Part shown: positions 32,262-37,613 of the stretch, one piece after another | Numbering within the stretch: the first letter of the stretch is position 1 | How the letters are laid out: the number at the start of each line of letters is the position of its first letter | Source of the DNA: Vitrella brassicaformis CCMP3155 | Lineage: Eukaryota; Protista; Chromerida | DNA length: 37,613 nucleotides | Assembly: GCA_001179505.1 (NCBI GenBank) | Contig: CDMY01000641.1 | Span: 1 to 37,613 of the forward strand | Reading direction: 5' to 3' | Notes under the pieces: model-generated | What the model was told of the DNA's origin: nothing | Databases searched by the model: none | Seen by the model: only the letters and a program-made list of their open reading frames with translations | Translations under genes and position numbers: made by a program

Positions 32262-33953
32262 ATGCTGTCTGCCCTGGAGCAGAAGCACTCGGAGGTACGA
32301 AACATTGACCTTTTGATTCATTGGAAGGAGGCCTGCCTTCCTTCCCTCTCGCTCTTGCTTGCCCTGTGGTGGTCCTTGCAGATCAGCTGCCTGATGTACC
32401 GCTTGTCCGCACTGGACGCGTCAGATCTCTCATCGCACGTATGTCTGTCTGGACATCTGCCTGCACGATAAGGACGGGTTCACACGCTCTGCCGCTGTCC
32501 GATTGTGTGATTCATGAATGCAGGATTGTTCGCTCCACATGATAGCTGCGTTGGCTCAGTACGCCAAGTTGAAGGCCTCGCTCAAGGCCCTCGTCAAGTC
32601 GGCCACCTTCCCTCAGCCACGCACTGATGCATCGGTCAGTGAGCATACAAACCGATACAATTCCGAGCGAATGCGCTGTTTCTGTCTGTTATGGTCAGGC
32701 CAAGCTAGGTGACCTGTCGGCCGACGCTATGGCTCGTCTGCAGACATCGACAGACCTGCAGTCTGTCGGCCGCCTCAAGACGACTGCACCACTCAACTAT
32801 CACCTCAAGATGGCCCTGCGTCGCCGGCTGACCGTCGCCGTCCACAAGGCGGGTCTGACGGGCGTGTTGCGGTTTGCGCCTCAGCTGGGCGGCGGCGGTG
32901 TGATGAAGGCGCTGTGGCTGATGGAGGAGGGGGGCAGCTGGGGAGAGGTGGGCAATGGACTGCGGGTGGCGCGTCAGTGTGGCTACTGCCAACTGCCCGT
33001 CACCGTCGACGCTGTAGACCTGCAGAAGCACGACACCAAGACGGTAGGGGGAGAACAGGGTGCATCCATCGTCGTGTGTTCCTGCGTGTCAGGCCTATTT
33101 GTCGATGCCCCGTGTGACAGCCCAGTGGATGGTCGTCAGTCGGCACGTGGACTTCCGTCGTGCCAATGGCCAGCAGGACGGCACCTTCGAGCTCTTCCGT
33201 GACAACGCCACCAACGAGATCCGCGCCATTCGCAACCAGCCCGACTTCGCCATCACTCGCAACCCGCCCCTGCCCACCACTGCCGTGCATCCCCTGCAGC
33301 AGCACCCCTTCCAGCAGCATATCAAGCCAGACGACCCACCCGTCCAGTCGGCCATCTGGTTCGACGAACTGGACGAGGCGGACGGGGCGGATGATGAGCT
33401 CCTTCATTGTGTACGTGATCATCCACCATTACTATAAGAGCGGTGTCCAGGTCCACACCATGCGTATGGACATCGCTCGGTAGGTTCTCTCCGGGGGCAC
33501 ATATCGGACGTAGAGTGGATCGCTGTCTGTCTGTGTGTGCATGTGTAGTGGCGTGAGGGGCGGCTATCTGGACGGCCTGCTGACGCGGTCGCCCCACACA
33601 CCGCTGGAGGGATGTGCAGCCGTCACAACGGGGGAAGAGGTCGATGGACATGTGTGTCAGTTTCATCTGCTGACGGCATTCGACGACCCCTTCGTAGCGT
33701 CAGTCGAATTCAGAGTCAGACCTGACGACCGTCAGAACGGTGAGTGAGAGCCGCGAGTGCAGACAGACAGGCAGACAGTCTCAGTGTCTGTCCCTTCTCT
33801 CATGTGGCAGTGATTGTCTTCGTAGCGACGACTGAGCAGCCGGTGGGCAGTCCGAACGATCCGCTCCCCGCCAGACATCAGCGCACGGCAGCCCTGGCTC
33901 GGCGGTCGTTGGGCCCGGTCGCACCGGTCTTGCTCGACGGACAGGCGCCGTAG
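32262..33953 (+). pseudogene. Intron-containing member of the lineage-expanded family, apparent frameshift near 33380-33400
   Basis: Phase-compatible exons from ATG 32262 to TAG 33953; AQWMVVSRHVDF...GTFELFR...DDPPVQSAI lies in one frame and MSSFIVYVII...GGYLDGLLTRSPHTPLEGC...DDPFVASV...ATTEQPVG in the next; the C-terminus resembles the 23528 protein. Confidence 0.55.
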
Positions 33954-34637
33954 AGGACAGACACACAGATGACACAACACGGTGAGGGCAGCCAGGACGA
34001 TGCAAAAGAGGCCGCTGCACGCCCCTCATGTCTGTCTCTCTGTCGTGTGTGTGTGTGTGGTCTCTCGTCTGCCTGTGTCGCAGCTGGTGGTGGTCGTGGT
34101 GATGTGGTCGCATCAGTAGCTGGGTGTGTTCAGAGGGATGGCTTATCCATCCGGTGGGTTTGTCCATGCTTGTCTGTGAGTAGACTGGTCGGCAGGGCAG
34201 CTGGGGCGATCAATGACAAGGCGTGAAGATGTGAATCCACACACATGCACGTATGGCGACTGCACGCCCGAGTCACTCGTCAATCAACATGTACCCACAC
34301 ACACCAGGCCATGCAAGTAGCTGGCCACACACACACATACACACACACCTCTCACAGTGGACAGACGCCTCACGAAGAAATAGATCATCCGGATGTCTGC
34401 CGGCTCCCCTCAACATGCATATATCCCTCCCCTCCCCCCAACACACACATACAACACATGACAGACAGGACACCGTTGACGGCAAAGGAGCCAGCCCTTA
34501 CAACAGGAACAACACCACACAATGCACATCGCGCGTATTGCTTTGATTGGTCGTAATAAAACCGACAACCGACACACGCATCACTTGAGCCACTTATGTT
34601 GACTCAGTCATACCAGCCCACCACACAAACACGCACA

Positions 34638-34672
<35 letters not shown>

Positions 34673-34910
34673 TGACGTCCTCGAGATTACACCACACCAC
34701 AAAAGACAGAACCGCCACAACGGAGAAATGTACCCTTACAGACCGCCACACACAGCCACACACAGACAGTTTGGCACACATGCACCACGCACCCCTGCCA
34801 GCCAGACTATCAGCTGCACATTAATCCAAACATACATACCTACATTACGCCAACGAATTAGGCCGCCTCTTCTGCCAAAGCCACTCACTGGATCGGTGTT
34901 CAGCAACCGA

Positions 34911-35802
34911 TTAGGAAGACGCCGTGGTGTCCGATCCGCCACTAGTCGCTGCCTCCTGGTCGGTCGTCATCGGCTCCATCTGCACCACAGTCACTGCGGT
35001 GAGCGCTGAGGGTGCGATAGGCGTCGTCACGCTGACGGCGGTTGGCGGCTTGGTCTTGGGGGCGAGGGCGGCCACAGCCTTCTGGAAGCGGATCGTCATG
35101 GCGTCGCTCTTGCCGGTATTGGCCGTATAGCTGCAGAAGCCAATGGAGAAAAACCCGGATGCCAATCAAGTACACCGTGCAGTTCATCCCTTATGTGTGT
35201 GTGCGTGTGTACCAGCCGTCGATGGACTGCCAGCTGTCCTGGTCGAAGCGGCCGGTGACGTCCACGCGGAGGTACAGCTTGCCGGTGATGGCCTTCTCAC
35301 CCCACGACAGCTCCCCGGTCGTCGCATTGTAAAACCCCGCCACCCTGAAGTCTCCGTCTTTGTCGCTTCCCTTCCCCCTGACGCGGCCGTCGTACTCGAA
35401 TGTGAGCATGTATTTGGTCGTCCAGCTCTCGCCGTTCTCCTCGAAGGTGCCGACCCACTGGCCGGACTGAGGGGGCGTGGCGGTCGGTGTGGGATTGATG
35501 CGCTCCTCCCGGCTCTTGGCGAGACGATGATAGGGGACGCACCTCTTGGCATAATGGAAGATGAGATAGACCACGCCACTGACCGGGAGGCAGATCATGA
35601 AAACAATGAACCAAGTAGGATGTTCACCACCACCACCTCCTCCGCCAACAAACCCTCCTCCACCACCACCTCCACCTCCGCCACCGCCGCCTCCCTTCAA
35701 TCTGCGGCCCTCAGCGTCGACGAGAGTGGGGATGGAGAGCACCGCAGCGGCCAGAAGAAGCACCGACACCGAAGGACGGCGGCAAACGAAGACGGGCGCC
35801 AT
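34911..35802 (-). CDS. Gly-rich single-pass membrane protein, copy C
   Basis: MAPVFVCRRPSVSVLLLAAAVLSIPTLVDAEGRRLK-G14-FV-G7, TM segment, conserved domain, intron 35131-35212 at the same position as in copies A and B, TAA 34911. Confidence 0.85.
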
Positions 35803-36309
35803 TTCTTCAGCTTCAGAGAAATGCCTCTCAGAGATGAGGGACGCAGATTAGGAGCTTGTTGATATATTTGATGTGGCAGCAGCTCCGAGACAGCTGGGGC
35901 TTGTGAGACGAGAGGAGAGGAGCGCTGTCTGCCAAGAAAGAAGAGAGGATGGCGGAGAGAGAAAAGAAAAACCGGCAGATCCAGGCGACTGGCTGCTGCT
36001 GCTGCTTCTCACTTCTCTCTTACCACGTGGGGCTGCGTATCCCCCTCCGTATCGCCGCCATCCGGTCGCCATCTCTTAGCTCGCAGATCTTTCCCTTCCT
36101 TCGCACTCCCTCTGTGTGGCGATGTGATGGCTGCATATGCATGTGGATCCGATAGATCTGCCCATTTTCTTGTTTCAATTCGTCATTTCTCGTTCCTTGT
36201 CCTTAATTGTCGCAGGCACCTACCGGCGTCATCTGGGTGGAGCCGACGGACAGCAGGTGTTCGTCGCGAACCCATCCTTCTCATTCGACAGAACGGACAG
36301 GCAAGAAAT

Positions 36310-36351
36310 CACCAGCCGAGGCTGAGCTGACACCAGCCGAGGCTCAGCTGA
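36310..36351. repeat. Two 21-bp tandem units CACCAGCCGAGGCT(G/C)AGCTGA
   Basis: Direct reading; one mismatch between units. Confidence 0.9.
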
Positions 36352-37613
36352 TCATGTCTGGACGCTTGTGTGTCGTCTGCGTGATGCTGTGTCCACCCAT
36401 TCCAGCGGCGCACATGTGGAAGATCTGCGTGTGTTGTGCGGCGCTTCGTCTCTCTACGTGTGGTCAACTGCTGCTGGACGCGCAGGAGACGACAGGAGTG
36501 AGCAAGGCACAGCCGACGGCATCTCGAGGTGTGCACCAGTGTAATGTGTGTGTATGTATGTATGTGAATGGTCTGTCAGGGTTGTATGAGGGTTGATTTT
36601 GTGTGGTCCGTCCAAGAGACAGCTTGTACGCCATCGATCAAGACGGACGTATCGGGATGGCTGGGATGTGGGTGCAGCTGGGTGGGTGCTGTCTGGGTGA
36701 TAACGGAGAGGCCGAAGGAATGCTGTTTGGTGTGGCCTTCATGCCGTCCCGGTCAGGGCGACGACGAGCACCTCCCTCACAGACAGGGATCCATATACTG
36801 CAGCCATCTACCTACTTCCTCACTGACATACATACACGTCCATAAAGGCATGAGTGGGCGTACACCTGCCCTCCCTCCCTCTCTCCCCCCTCCTTTTACT
36901 GGCTCGCCAGAGTGCTAAGCTGTCCAGCTCCCGTACACGATTGTGTGAGGTGTTTGGCTGGGCCGTGCGTATCTTGGCCCGTTCCTTCGTCGGTTTGTTG
37001 AGTGCATGCCTCTCTGAGAGTCGTGAGTGTCTCTTCGATGACTGATTGCACTGACTGCATCCATGGATGGACCATCATGATGTCTCAACGTCTGTCCACG
37101 CAACACAATATGACTGACTGTGTGTTGATGATCTGTGCAAGCCAATGAGAATGCGCCCACCTGACACTCACAATCTGGCACATCCATCCATCCATCGGCC
37201 CCATTGCAGCGATATTCGCATGCCGATTGCGAGCTAATATCTGCAGATGTTTGTTTGTTAACGGGCACCTAGGCCCCGGCCCCTGAGGGCAGATGGTGTG
37301 TCCAATCAATGCGTCCGTACGTCTAACGTGGCCAGCGCTCAGATGAAAAATCGGCCACTGCTCGTTCTTGAAAAAGAAAGCAAGACACGTCGCCAGCCAA
37401 CAGCACAGAACATCCAGACAGGAACAGCCAGACAGCAGAGGAAAGTGGAAACTGTCATTAACCGTAACACTCGTCTGTGTGTCCTTGATACTCATACAAA
37501 TACAGTCCCATCAGCACGCAGACTCAAACAGGCTCAAGGGGAGGAGGGATCAATCCCCGCCCCATCAGCACACCCCAGTCCCGCAAACCCTCCCCTCCCT
37601 CCCCCACGCAGAC

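Noticed and set aside
36100-37613. Possible exons at the right edge (36207-36596 +, 37085-37495 -)
   Set aside because: No recognisable motif or consistent splice chain; could not be supported as a gene.

Overview
Intron-rich eukaryotic genomic DNA, most likely a chromerid alveolate such as Vitrella brassicaformis (inferred from an alveolate-type Rab11B, microsatellite-filled short introns, a bipartite plastid presequence and intronless F-box-like repeat-family genes). Gene models were assembled by hand from GT/GC-AG boundaries and reading frame, so many of the supplied ORFs are intron artefacts. Genes in order: partial unknown gene (+); small membrane protein (-); 3'-truncated APC/CAT amino-acid permease (+); S4-RsuA/RluB-type pseudouridine synthase lacking the catalytic Asp (-); Rab11B (+); SPX-VTC polyphosphate polymerase (-); an Unkempt-like CCCH zinc-finger locus with a triplicated intron-exon module, a tail anchor and a kinase relic (+); a probable plastid-targeted protein (-); two copies of a convergent pair (F-box-like family gene + Gly-rich single-pass protein); ADAL/MAPDA (+); MUS81 (-); an intron-containing repeat-family gene (+); and a third Gly-rich paralogue (-). 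Best leads: (1) a 5'-truncated RLE non-LTR retrotransposon with a 13-bp TSD inside a signal-peptide exon, with GT/AG sites that could splice it out in frame; (2) introns with 5'-(AC)n...(GT)n-3' self-complementary ends; (3) the pseudo-enzyme pseudouridine synthase; (4) zinc-finger repeats whose introns are better conserved than their exons. Two 300-N gaps are present. No rRNA, tRNA or CRISPR array was recognised.
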